Shown in pieces: positions 48,067-56,971 of a stretch of DNA of 64,000 nt (its first letter is position 1; every line of letters begins with the position of its first letter). The DNA comes from a virus. Its lineage: Duplodnaviria > Caudoviricetes. A program made the position numbers and the translations under genes. The notes under the pieces are model-generated. The model was not told the DNA's origin. It saw only the letters and a program-made list of their open reading frames with translations, and ran no database searches. The stretch lies in IMG/VR virus record IMGVR_UViG_3300048606_000075, positions 25,816 to 89,815 of that record; one strand, written 5' to 3'.

Positions 48067-48960
48067 TTAAACTGACGGTTCAGTAAAATAAATCCGAACG
48101 ACAACGTCATCAATATAGTTAGCATCCAAATAAAGTTGAAAATAATCGTAATAGTTAATATGAATTCTTTTATCCCTATCAAAACGAACTTTATAGGTAG
48201 AAAAACTTGCCGGATCAAGTGATACTCCATACCACCAACCAATAATACCTCCACCAGCATCGGAACCAAAAAGACGTGCACGACTAGATGACGGAAGTAC
48301 ACCTCCATCATTTAACGCAACAGTACCAATATTAGAGCCGCTCTCACTGTCATTCCAATTAGCAAACCGAGATGCTCGAATTCGAGGTTTACCAGTATTT
48401 GAAGTATAAGGAGCAATAATATCAAATCCTGTAATCGTTACTCCTGCAGCTCCGCCCACTAATTTCAAAATTTTATCGGAACTTGTAAATTCAGTTTCTG
48501 CATAATAAATATTTTCTGAATTTTCAATCCAATAAATAGTAGCAACGACATCCTGACTTCCGTAAGTGTCATCAACAAATAATTGAAAAAAGTTTTCCGG
48601 ATCAAGAGTTACAGGAATACCATCTCGACATCTATAAGAAAATGTCATAGGACGATCTGAATCTGTTATCAAATCAAATAAACTTGTAAAATCACCTGAA
48701 CCAGGAAAATAACTGTCCCCAGATCCACCAAGTTTGGCAATTGAAGTAGGTGCCCGCTCCGCATCAAGAAACATAGGAGGTGCCCCTACAAAATCGCCGC
48801 CAGTGTAATCTGTCAATCTCTTCACAGTGAACGACGGCTCCCAACCGCTACTATTGTCCGGAGCATAAATATCAAACCCAACAACCTTAGCTCCGTAATC
48901 ACCAGCAATAAGATTGAGAGTCCTTTTGGTACTAGTGAAAATTCCAGATGTAGAAAACAT
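48067..48960 (-). CDS. AT-rich protein of two duplicated beta domains
   Basis: GAKVVGFDIYAP...FFQLFVD vs GVTITGFDIIAP...YFQLYLD. Confidence 0.65.
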   Translation of the reverse strand: MFSTSGIFTSTKRTLNLIAGDYGAKVVGFDIYAPDNSSGWEPSFTVKRLTDYTGGDFVGAPPMFLDAERAPTSIAKLGGSGDSYFPGSGDFTSLFDLITDSDRPMTFSYRCRDGIPVTLDPENFFQLFVDDTYGSQDVVATIYWIENSENIYYAETEFTSSDKILKLVGGAAGVTITGFDIIAPYTSNTGKPRIRASRFANWNDSESGSNIGTVALNDGGVLPSSSRARLFGSDAGGGIIGWWYGVSLDPASFSTYKVRFDRDKRIHINYYDYFQLYLDANYIDDVVVRIYFTEPSV

Positions 48961-50954
48961 TAAAATGTCCCTCCATCAATAGTCTTACTGTTAAGAGTTA
49001 CTGTGGCAGAATTCTTTGAAGAATCAGATGTATTATCAACGTTACCTAAACCGACATCTGACTTAGTCAAAGTCGCAGCAGTCCAAGCTGAACTTGCTCT
49101 CTTTATAAAGGTCCCATCAGCAGGAGCCAAGGCAGCAATTGCTGTTAAATCAGAATCTAACGGTTGATACGTAGCAGCTAAGCCAAGGTCACTAGATAAC
49201 TGAGCCAAGGTTCTATTGACCCAAGAACCAGATTTACGCTGAATAATATCATTATTAGTTGGAATAAGAGAAGCTATATCTGTCAGATCAATATCCGACG
49301 CTTGTTTTGAATCCAAGGCAGTCTGAGTAGCTGTACTAATAGGCTTCGCTGTGTCAGATGTATTATCAACGTTACCTAAACTCAAATCTGTCTTAAGCTG
49401 AATCATAGTGCGGTTAATCCACACACCAGCTTTACGCTGAATTATATCATCATTAGAGGGAGACAGACCAGAAATAGAAGTCAATGCTGCATTCAAAGCC
49501 TGCTTACCATCAAGGGCAGTCTGTTGTGCGGTAGAAACAGGCTTAGCAGTGTCAGCAGTATTGTCAACACTGCCTAATCCGACATCTGCTTTAACTAAAC
49601 TCAATGCAGTCTTAAACTGCGAATAAGTCTTCTTGACCCAACCAGATCCATCCGAAGCAATTGCACCGGCAATAGCCGAATTAAATCCCGCAATAGCCGT
49701 CAGATCAGAGTCAAGAGTCTGCTTACCATCAAGGGCAGTCTGTTGTGCGGTAGAAACAGGCTTAGCAGTGTCAGCAGTATTGTCAACACTGCCTAATCCA
49801 ACATCTGCTTTAACCAACGTCCCAGCTGCCCAGGCACCAGAAACACGCTTAATAAATGTGCCATCAGACGGCGCGAGACCAGCCAGAGTCGTCAAGTCAG
49901 AATCAAGAGCTTGCTTACCATCAAGAGCAGTCTGAGTAGCAGTGCTAACGGGCTTAGCAACATCAGAAGTGTTATCAACATTGCCTAATCCAACATCTGC
50001 TTTAACAAGTACAAGATCAGTCTTCAACTGAGCCATAGTGCGATTAACCCACGCACTAGACTTACGCTGAATGATATCATTATCAGCTGGAGTAAGAATA
50101 CCAGAAATAGAAGTCAATGCTGCATTCAAAGCCTGCTTGCCATCAAGTGCGGTCTGCTGTGCAGTTGACACAGGCTTAGCAGTATCAGCCGTATTGTCAA
50201 CATTGCCTAAGCCGACGTCACCCTTGACTAACGTCGAGGCTGCCCAGGCGCCCGAGACGCGTTTCACGAACGTGCCGTCAGACGGTGCAAGCGCGGCCAG
50301 CGTCATCAGATCCGAGTCCAGCGGCTGATACCCGGAGAGGGCCGACGCCTCCGCCAGGCCGGTCACCGCGCCGGTGCGTCCGTTGACACTGGACACCGGG
50401 GCCGATGGATAGGTCAGCTCACGCCAGTTACCCAACGTGGACGACGGCTCCGCGATCAGCTGCCAGTTGGTGCCCAGATCGCTACGAGTGGTCCAGTCAC
50501 CGCGTTGCCCGGAGAGGGCGAGCATCTCTGTCTGGTCCGCGACCGCGCCCAGGAACTCGGTGATGGCGATGGCCGGCAGATACGCCTGTGGGACCTTGTT
50601 ACCGCCGTCCAACTTGAGCCAACCGTTGGCGACGTTGGCTAGCGATGCGAGCGGAGTGCGCTCATTGCTCAGCCTGGAATCGTCATGGCGGACCGGGTTG
50701 CCGGACGCGCCAGGGGCGGGAACAAGGGGGGCTGAGCTGAATGTCTTGACGCCAGCTATGGTCTCGGCACCGGTGTTGTGCACCACGGCGGAGTCAGCGG
50801 CGGCGCCGATACTCGATGGCGATACCGGGTCATCACCGCCTACCGCGTGCCGAGCGGCGTGGGGAGTGGTGCCGCCGTCCGCACCAGGGTCTCCCTGCTC
50901 ACCCTGCTCACCTTGCGGACCCAGTAAGCTTCCACGCTCTGTCCAGGTAGCCAC
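48960..50954 (-). CDS. tail fibre protein with KADVGLGNVDNTxD repeats
   Basis: Five full plus one partial repeat; collagen-like N-terminus. Confidence 0.82.
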   Translation of the reverse strand: MATWTERGSLLGPQGEQGEQGDPGADGGTTPHAARHAVGGDDPVSPSSIGAAADSAVVHNTGAETIAGVKTFSSAPLVPAPGASGNPVRHDDSRLSNERTPLASLANVANGWLKLDGGNKVPQAYLPAIAITEFLGAVADQTEMLALSGQRGDWTTRSDLGTNWQLIAEPSSTLGNWRELTYPSAPVSSVNGRTGAVTGLAEASALSGYQPLDSDLMTLAALAPSDGTFVKRVSGAWAASTLVKGDVGLGNVDNTADTAKPVSTAQQTALDGKQALNAALTSISGILTPADNDIIQRKSSAWVNRTMAQLKTDLVLVKADVGLGNVDNTSDVAKPVSTATQTALDGKQALDSDLTTLAGLAPSDGTFIKRVSGAWAAGTLVKADVGLGSVDNTADTAKPVSTAQQTALDGKQTLDSDLTAIAGFNSAIAGAIASDGSGWVKKTYSQFKTALSLVKADVGLGSVDNTADTAKPVSTAQQTALDGKQALNAALTSISGLSPSNDDIIQRKAGVWINRTMIQLKTDLSLGNVDNTSDTAKPISTATQTALDSKQASDIDLTDIASLIPTNNDIIQRKSGSWVNRTLAQLSSDLGLAATYQPLDSDLTAIAALAPADGTFIKRASSAWTAATLTKSDVGLGNVDNTSDSSKNSATVTLNSKTIDGGTF
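49501..49799. repeat. 80-nt identical direct repeat (49501-49580 and 49720-49799)
   Basis: Seen directly; lies within the tail fibre repeat array. Confidence 0.85.
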
Positions 50955-50960
50955 CGGCGG

Positions 50961-51476
50961 TTATGCCGTCTGCTCGTAGTAAGTACCGGTGGCCGAATCA
51001 AGATACATGTCGCCCACCGCTGAACCGGTAACCGTGCCCGGGACGCCGGAAGCGGTGAACCACTTCGATCCGCGAGCACCGGTGGAACCGGTCGATCCTG
51101 TCGCTCCGGTTGTGCCCTGGATGCCCTGGGTACCTTGTGAACCGGTCGCTCCAGTGGCGCCAGTCGCACCGGTCAAACCAATCGGACCACGGAAATCCGC
51201 TCCGGCACCATCAGCGGGGAATGCATCGCCGTCCCAAATATAAAGCTTGCCATCAGCGTTATTCAGATAACCATTACCTGCATCATCATGCGTAAGATCA
51301 CTAGGAAGGGCCGCATAGTTGGCCACCGACCCAGCGATGGCAACGCCAGCCCCGTCCTCACCAGGGGGGCCCTGCTCACCCTGAACGCCCTGGATGCCTT
51401 GAGGACCCTCGGGACCATCCGGCCCCACATCACCCTGTGGACCTTTGATATTTCCACGTTGAGTCCACGTAGCCAC
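50961..51476 (-). CDS. collagen-like tail-associated protein
   Basis: MATWTQRGNIKGPQG; G-X-Y repeats; GDMYLDSATGTYY; same N-terminus as the adjacent fibre gene. Confidence 0.75.
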   Translation of the reverse strand: MATWTQRGNIKGPQGDVGPDGPEGPQGIQGVQGEQGPPGEDGAGVAIAGSVANYAALPSDLTHDDAGNGYLNNADGKLYIWDGDAFPADGAGADFRGPIGLTGATGATGATGSQGTQGIQGTTGATGSTGSTGARGSKWFTASGVPGTVTGSAVGDMYLDSATGTYYEQTA

Positions 51477-51533
51477 GCGACACTCCCTCAGCTCGCCCTA
51501 GAGGAGTCTTCGAGCGAGGGATGCGGCCAGTAA

Positions 51534-51749
51534 CTACGGACCAGGTGTCAGTTCATATACATCGCCGGTGAGTGAGTCCCAGTATAGGTCGCCTGTACTA
51601 GCTCCAGGAACCAACTCTGGTGGTGGACCTTCACCAACCCACCACTTCTCACCTTTCAAAAACGGAGAACCAGAGTACACAGTGACAACGTCCTGAATGA
51701 CAGTTGTCTCAATTTCATTGCCAACTCGGATGACAGTGATATCAGACAT
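51534..51749 (-). CDS. small tail-associated protein
   Basis: GDLYWDSLTGDVYE motif shared with 50961..51476. Confidence 0.6.
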   Translation of the reverse strand: MSDITVIRVGNEIETTVIQDVVTVYSGSPFLKGEKWWVGEGPPPELVPGASTGDLYWDSLTGDVYELTPGP

Positions 51750-51760
51750 AACTATTCATC

Positions 51761-52204
51761 CTAAAGATGCGGAGGGGCAGGAATAGCTGAAGTCGCGCTC
51801 TCTGCTACATCTTGTCTGGCAATCATTCTCCCACTGACAAGGGTATACCGCTCAAGAACTTCATTAACATATCGCTCAAGTTCTATCTCAAAATTAGCAG
51901 CGAAAGGTGTCCAGAGTTGAGATTCATCAGCAGTATGAAATAGCTGAACAGTATTGGTAGTCGCCCAAAGACCGTCAGAAGTATACTGAACCTGAGCCTC
52001 GCCAATAATTACTCTGCCGTTTTCAGTAGTCCATTCCTGGATAACAGCAGAAGACGAAATTCTACGTGCCTGACACTTCACAGACCAATGTCCGAACTCA
52101 GGCGTCATGTCAACAGGCAAGTCATCAATCAACACCGCATACTTGGGAGAAACCCAGGTGTCCCCCAGACGGAACCTCAACACTTCATTCTCTAGGGTTC
52201 CCAC
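51761..52204 (-). CDS. BppU N-terminal-like baseplate/adaptor protein
   Basis: GDTW...DMT...VKCQAR...LFHTADES...EIELE...YTLVSG pattern. Confidence 0.5.
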   Translation of the reverse strand: MGTLENEVLRFRLGDTWVSPKYAVLIDDLPVDMTPEFGHWSVKCQARRISSSAVIQEWTTENGRVIIGEAQVQYTSDGLWATTNTVQLFHTADESQLWTPFAANFEIELERYVNEVLERYTLVSGRMIARQDVAESATSAIPAPPHL

Positions 52205-52223
52205 CGCACACCGCCATCAAGTG

Positions 52224-52445
52224 TCAAGACGCCCGGACCTCTGGAGGCTTCGACTGTTTGGCTAACTCCGATCGCTCGCTAGCCATCCAAGTACGGGGAT
52301 TAAATCCCCAATAATCAGCATCCCAATCGGAAGCCAAATGCTTGCACTCATATAATTTGTCCAACAACTCATCAATTAACGCTGGATCTTTGGCTATGGA
52401 TAATCTCTTCAGCAAAGCTGTAATGACTTCCGGACTAGCACCCAT
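52224..52445 (-). CDS. hypothetical protein
   Basis: 73 aa after the endolysin. Confidence 0.5.
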   Translation of the reverse strand: MGASPEVITALLKRLSIAKDPALIDELLDKLYECKHLASDWDADYWGFNPRTWMASERSELAKQSKPPEVRAS

Positions 52446-52470
52446 CGGAACCTCCGGCGCTGAAGCGGGG

Positions 52471-53325
52471 CTACAGGCCCAGAACCTTCCTGGTAGCGGT
52501 ACCGACTACCCCGTCCACGGCCAGACCAGCCTTAGCCTGCAGATACCGCACGGCCGTATCCGTCGAAGGAGCAAACGTTCCATCCTCCACCAGCGGCCAC
52601 CAGATCGGCTTGGCTGTCTTATACCAAGCATTCAGAACACGCTGCAGTGACTTCACATCGTCCCCCGTCATAAGGGACTTGCCCTTAGTGTAAGACAAGG
52701 CGCGGGTAGACGACACAGGCGCCGTAGGCGTCACCGACCCGGAGCCCTTGAGCTTGGTCAGGATGCGGGTGCACACCGACTCGGCCGAGATGATCTCGAA
52801 GTGCATCTCATCCTTGCGGCCGGTGTAATCACCGCCCCAGCGGACCGCGCCCTCGCACTCCACGTTCACAATTGTATGAATGGTTGAGACCTGACCAGAG
52901 TTCCACGTGCCCACACTGGCGAGCGGGTGCCGGGGAGCGTGCCAGTCCATCGCCGTACCCGATGAATGATTGGACAGACTACTTGCGGCGAACAGCGTGT
53001 CTTCATTATCGAAGCAACACGGTCGGTTGGCCTCGTCCAACTCCAGCAGCGAGTCCAACGCTTCGATGCGCGACGCCTTCAGAAGCTTTCGATCCTTCTT
53101 GCTTAACTTCATGGCACGGATGTCTCTGTAGGCATACCCCCACATGCCATAGGCGTCCGCACCGTTCTCTACGCGCGTATGCAGCTGCGCAGCCACGTAC
53201 AACAGAAGATCCCCAGCGGGGCCCTTGCGCAACCCACCCGGGAACAAGATGGACGTGCCCGGAACGGCCGGGTTGTAGATGACCGAGCGATCCCCAGCGG
53301 AGTACCCGTTCTGAGAGACAACCAT
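52471..53325 (-). CDS. endolysin: M15 peptidase plus peptidoglycan-binding domain
   Basis: SQNGY, WGYAYRDIR, SNHSSGTAMD, DEMHFEI; C-terminal GDDVKSLQ...DGTF...AVRYLQ..GLAVDGVVG; SD GAAAGGA. Confidence 0.9.
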   Translation of the reverse strand: MVVSQNGYSAGDRSVIYNPAVPGTSILFPGGLRKGPAGDLLLYVAAQLHTRVENGADAYGMWGYAYRDIRAMKLSKKDRKLLKASRIEALDSLLELDEANRPCCFDNEDTLFAASSLSNHSSGTAMDWHAPRHPLASVGTWNSGQVSTIHTIVNVECEGAVRWGGDYTGRKDEMHFEIISAESVCTRILTKLKGSGSVTPTAPVSSTRALSYTKGKSLMTGDDVKSLQRVLNAWYKTAKPIWWPLVEDGTFAPSTDTAVRYLQAKAGLAVDGVVGTATRKVLGL

Positions 53326-53335
53326 AGTGTCCTTT

Positions 53336-53839
53336 CTAAGCCGGATCGCCTTCTTCAATAGCGGAGGCAAAACGCTGATAGAGAGGCTTGGATTCTTCGC
53401 GCGGAAGCGTCTGTAGCACATTTGCTACAATGCGCGCGGTATGAGATGACACAATCTGGTGCAGAGCATCCGGGGAGATCTTCGAGCTGTGTGCACCAGC
53501 CGCTAAATCGTTAGCGGTGTCTCGCCAAAGCTTGTACAGGTGCTCTCGATATCGAGGATTCGGCCAGCTATTGGTAGACTCGTGATATCGAATCCTGATG
53601 TAGTAAGTGGCCACCCGCTCCAGCTGCATCGCGGCGATGGTGCCGGTTGGAAGATGCTGTGCGTCCCGGCGAAGCTCCTCTACCAGCGAGGCGTGCAGCT
53701 GCTGCAGCTCAGCGGTGGAATCCGTGGGAGCCCGCCACATTGCGGACGGGAGTTGGTCAAAGGCTAAGTCATTCTGTACTAACTGACATTCTTGGCCAGA
53801 CCCCTCAGGTACAGGCTGAAGATACGCTCGATCTGACAT
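53336..53839 (-). CDS. hypothetical helical protein (possible terminase small subunit)
   Basis: SD GGAG; function is only a guess from size and helical content. Confidence 0.45.
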   Translation of the reverse strand: MSDRAYLQPVPEGSGQECQLVQNDLAFDQLPSAMWRAPTDSTAELQQLHASLVEELRRDAQHLPTGTIAAMQLERVATYYIRIRYHESTNSWPNPRYREHLYKLWRDTANDLAAGAHSSKISPDALHQIVSSHTARIVANVLQTLPREESKPLYQRFASAIEEGDPA

Positions 53840-53888
53840 ATGAGTCTCCAGGACTAAATTAAGAATGTCTCTCACTCAAGCATTCGGC

Positions 53889-53933
53889 AAAAACCGACGA
53901 CCCCCAGAAATGTCAATCTCTGGGGGTCGTCGG
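53889..53933 (-). terminator. intrinsic terminator ending the replication operon
   Basis: 15-bp perfect stem CCGACGACCCCCAGA followed by TTTTT. Confidence 0.88.
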
Positions 53934-53946
53934 GTAACGCGGGAGA

Positions 53947-54525
53947 CTAGCGGCGGCGGGAGAAGTCCGGGCTGGCAGGAGGCTCATCCTCGCCCGGGAT
54001 CGGGCCGGGCTGCGAGGTGCCCCCCTGCTCACCCGCACCCGTTGCCGGCAGGCTGTCATCCGGCGACGTCTGGGTGGGGTCCGGCTCGTCGGCCACGGGC
54101 TGATCCACGACGCCACCGCCGTCACCCGTGCCCAGGCCCCCGTCATCCGGGTTCTCCACCGGAGGCACGTCGGGACCCGGGTCCACCGGAACCTGACCAT
54201 CACCCGGGTCCGGAACCGGCTGCTGCGCGTCCGCGCCCAGGGTCTCCAGCTGCTCGATCAGCGGGCGCAGCTCAACGCTGGCCTGCTGTGCGTCTTCCAG
54301 CTTCTGCTGGGCGCGCACGTCGTCGTCATTGCCAGTACCAAGCTCATCGATCTTGTCCAGCAGTGCCGCGACCTTGGCCGCGATACGCGAGGTAGCAGCG
54401 TTCAGCCGCTCAAGATCCTCAGCAGAAACAGTCACTCGACCCTCCAGGTCACGGAGCTGACGCTGGATCGCGGCGATTCCTAACCAACGACGAAGCTTTC
54501 TACGGATATCCTCCGCAATCTCCAC
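53947..54525 (-). CDS. hypothetical coiled-coil/acidic protein
   Basis: SD GAGGAGG; low-complexity C-terminus. Confidence 0.6.
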   Translation of the reverse strand: MEIAEDIRRKLRRWLGIAAIQRQLRDLEGRVTVSAEDLERLNAATSRIAAKVAALLDKIDELGTGNDDDVRAQQKLEDAQQASVELRPLIEQLETLGADAQQPVPDPGDGQVPVDPGPDVPPVENPDDGGLGTGDGGGVVDQPVADEPDPTQTSPDDSLPATGAGEQGGTSQPGPIPGEDEPPASPDFSRRR

Positions 54526-54544
54526 TTCGCCTCCTCGCGCAGTT

Positions 54545-55777
54545 CTATTGCATAGAAGCTGCTCTAGCTAGGATGTCGTCCACGGTCTCAGCGGGGGCAG
54601 ACGACCCCGATGAGGTGTTCGACAGCGCTGCTGTAGGAGAAGGTGTCCTAGAGGAGGATGAACCCGAAACTCTGGCCGAAGGCTGCGCGCCTGCGAGTGC
54701 TTGACTGAGCATAACGACTAGAAGATTCATGGCCGCGAACGCGTCCACGGTCGGCGCGATCGAGCGGTGGTACTCCCAGATGACCCGCATGCCCGCGACC
54801 GCGCGCACGGGCGCCAGGTTGGCCGCCAGCGCCCGTTCCGCCTCAGTGGCAGGTGGAGACAGCGGAGACGACTCCACGCCGCTAGGAAGCGATGAGAGCA
54901 CCAAGAGCCGCTGCAACGAGGACACGATGCGAGAGACCAGCTCCGAGGGGCTGGGCAGCGTCTCCAGACCCTCCCTGACATGCCCAAACGCGGCGGGGAG
55001 GTCATTTTTCAGCATCGCGGCGATGAGGTTAAGAACCACCTGTGAATCGCCCATTAGCAAGGTCAACTGCTCCACGGTCTGAATGTTGACCATAGAGCAC
55101 TGATCCAACAGCATCACCGCGTCGCGCATCGCGCCCTGGCTCCGGTCCGCAATGGCCATCGCAAGATCAGGAGAAAGCTCTATACCCTCATGCTTGGCAA
55201 TGAAACCTAATCTTGCTGCGATGTCTTTCACAGTGATTCGTTGGAACTGAACTATGAAGCATCGAGAAACTACTGTGTCCAACATTCTATCTGGATTGGT
55301 GGTGCACAGGATAAATATGACACGCGGTGGTGGCTCTTCCAACACCTTCAACAGGGTCTGCTGGCCACGCGGAGTCAACTCGTGGCTCTCATCCAGGATC
55401 ACCACGCGATACCGACCCAGCGGCTGGAAGCGCACCTGCTGCCGCAGCTCGCGCATGTCCTCGGCCAACCCGGAGGACGCGGCGTCGATCTCGATGACAT
55501 CGGTGGACCGACAATCCACGATCGCCTGGCAGGTGGTGCAGCCTCCGCAGGGACGGTGCTCGGGGTTCTCCGCCTCGCAGTTCAGCGCGGCGGCCACGAT
55601 GCGCGCCGACGTTGTCTTGCCCGATCCCCAGGCACCACACAGCAGCAAGCCAGCCGGCACGTGGTTGGTCCGGATCATCTGCCGCAGCAGGGTTCGGGCC
55701 GCGCGCTGGCCCACCATGTCCTCGAAGCGGCGCGGCCGATATTTGAGCGTGAGAGGCTGTCTGATCTCGCTGTCCAC
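54545..55777 (-). CDS. dnaX: DNA polymerase III gamma/tau-like clamp loader
   Basis: KYRPRRFEDMVGQ, GAWGSGKTT, PCGGCTTC, ILDESHEL, LLKVLEEPP, SRC, GAMRDAV. Confidence 0.93.
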   Translation of the reverse strand: MDSEIRQPLTLKYRPRRFEDMVGQRAARTLLRQMIRTNHVPAGLLLCGAWGSGKTTSARIVAAALNCEAENPEHRPCGGCTTCQAIVDCRSTDVIEIDAASSGLAEDMRELRQQVRFQPLGRYRVVILDESHELTPRGQQTLLKVLEEPPPRVIFILCTTNPDRMLDTVVSRCFIVQFQRITVKDIAARLGFIAKHEGIELSPDLAMAIADRSQGAMRDAVMLLDQCSMVNIQTVEQLTLLMGDSQVVLNLIAAMLKNDLPAAFGHVREGLETLPSPSELVSRIVSSLQRLLVLSSLPSGVESSPLSPPATEAERALAANLAPVRAVAGMRVIWEYHRSIAPTVDAFAAMNLLVVMLSQALAGAQPSARVSGSSSSRTPSPTAALSNTSSGSSAPAETVDDILARAASMQ

Positions 55778-55811
55778 ACGGACTCCTACCCAGCGAACGG
55801 GCGGCGCCGGG

Positions 55812-56363
55812 TTAATGGTTGTTTAAATGAATACGAGATGTTGTCGGTCCACGCTGATGTTGGTAGTGAGAGCCTATCTTAGCACTACCGTATGGTATAT
55901 CAGCTTTAGACGAAAGTTTGAAAAAGCAAAGTTGTCCGATTTTCATGCCGGGATATAACACCATGGGAAGATGGGCTACGTTATGAAGCTCTAAGGTTAT
56001 ATACCCGTTGAACCCAGCATCGATGAACCCGGCGGTCACATGGGTCAGCAGGCCGAGGCGACCGATCGAAGACTTGCCCTCAAACCGAGCGGCGATGTCA
56101 TCTGGCAGGCTGATGTGTTCAACGGTGGACCCGAGCGCGAAGCCGAACTTCGGGATGGTGATCGAGTCTCGACTTCGTGTCTTATACATGATATTGGCTT
56201 GATCGGTCTTAGGATCAATCGTGCCCACATCTTTATACAAGAAAAAGTCAGTGCCTAAATGAACATCAATACTAGAAGGCTGAAGATCTCCTAGATCGCA
56301 AGGATTCAATCCTATCCGACCAGACATTATCTCTCTTCTAATATCCTGATCGGATAACAGCAT
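55812..56363 (-). CDS. dcd: dCTP deaminase
   Basis: LQPSSIDVHLG, RFEGKSSIGRLGL, AGFIDAGFNGYITLEL, KIGQLCFF. Confidence 0.95.
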   Translation of the reverse strand: MLLSDQDIRREIMSGRIGLNPCDLGDLQPSSIDVHLGTDFFLYKDVGTIDPKTDQANIMYKTRSRDSITIPKFGFALGSTVEHISLPDDIAARFEGKSSIGRLGLLTHVTAGFIDAGFNGYITLELHNVAHLPMVLYPGMKIGQLCFFKLSSKADIPYGSAKIGSHYQHQRGPTTSRIHLNNH

Positions 56364-56364
56364 A

Positions 56365-56580
56365 CTACTCTTTTCGCATGGGAGGCTGCGCTTCGACTAC
56401 GTAGGCACATGCGGGGCAACGCACAGCTTCAGACAGGGGCATTCCCTCAGGAAGCTTACTCCATGGCTTATCGTCACATGCATTGACGTAAGCCATGTTG
56501 CCTCGTATCTGACGAGTGTCCTTAGAGAGCTTCTGCAGAGTCTCCGGGATCTTCGCCGCGTGCACGACAAACCTAGCCAT
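56365..56580 (-). CDS. small hypothetical protein
   Basis: 71 aa, packed operon, Cys motif. Confidence 0.55.
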   Translation of the reverse strand: MARFVVHAAKIPETLQKLSKDTRQIRGNMAYVNACDDKPWSKLPEGMPLSEAVRCPACAYVVEAQPPMRKE

Positions 56581-56971
56581 TGCTAGACCTTACCGTCATC
56601 TTGATACGCAACTTCAGTGCGATCTGCACGGCAGCGCGATAGTCCTCCACGAAGACGTCGAACATCTCCTCGTCATCCGCAACCATCAACGTGCGCAGAT
56701 ACACCAGCAAGTCCACGACTTCATCAAACGCATCCTTGACATGGTCACGTCCATTGTCAGGATGTAGCACGACTCCATATTTACGGAGTCCGTACTCTTT
56801 GCGCTTCTTGAAGTCATCCGCGAGCATGACGCACTCGGGATTCATCGGAGCAGCTTCGAGAAGATCTTGAATCACCAAGTCATGCGAGGAGATAGCACCC
56901 TCTACATCGATTGGCTTCGGTTGGACCGTGTAATCCGCTACATCACCCACGGTGAACCCTTCGGCTATCAA
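56573..56971 (-). CDS. MazG-like all-alpha NTP pyrophosphatase-like protein
   Basis: RKEYGLRKYG...DAFDEVVDLLVYL. Confidence 0.55.
   Translation of the reverse strand: MIAEGFTVGDVADYTVQPKPIDVEGAISSHDLVIQDLLEAAPMNPECVMLADDFKKRKEYGLRKYGVVLHPDNGRDHVKDAFDEVVDLLVYLRTLMVADDEEMFDVFVEDYRAAVQIALKLRIKMTVRSSNG

Noticed and set aside
49000-50300. Repeated DNA resembling a CRISPR array or DGR template/variable pair
   Set aside because: Repeats are in frame and encode fibre motifs; no unique spacers, cas genes or reverse transcriptase in the window.
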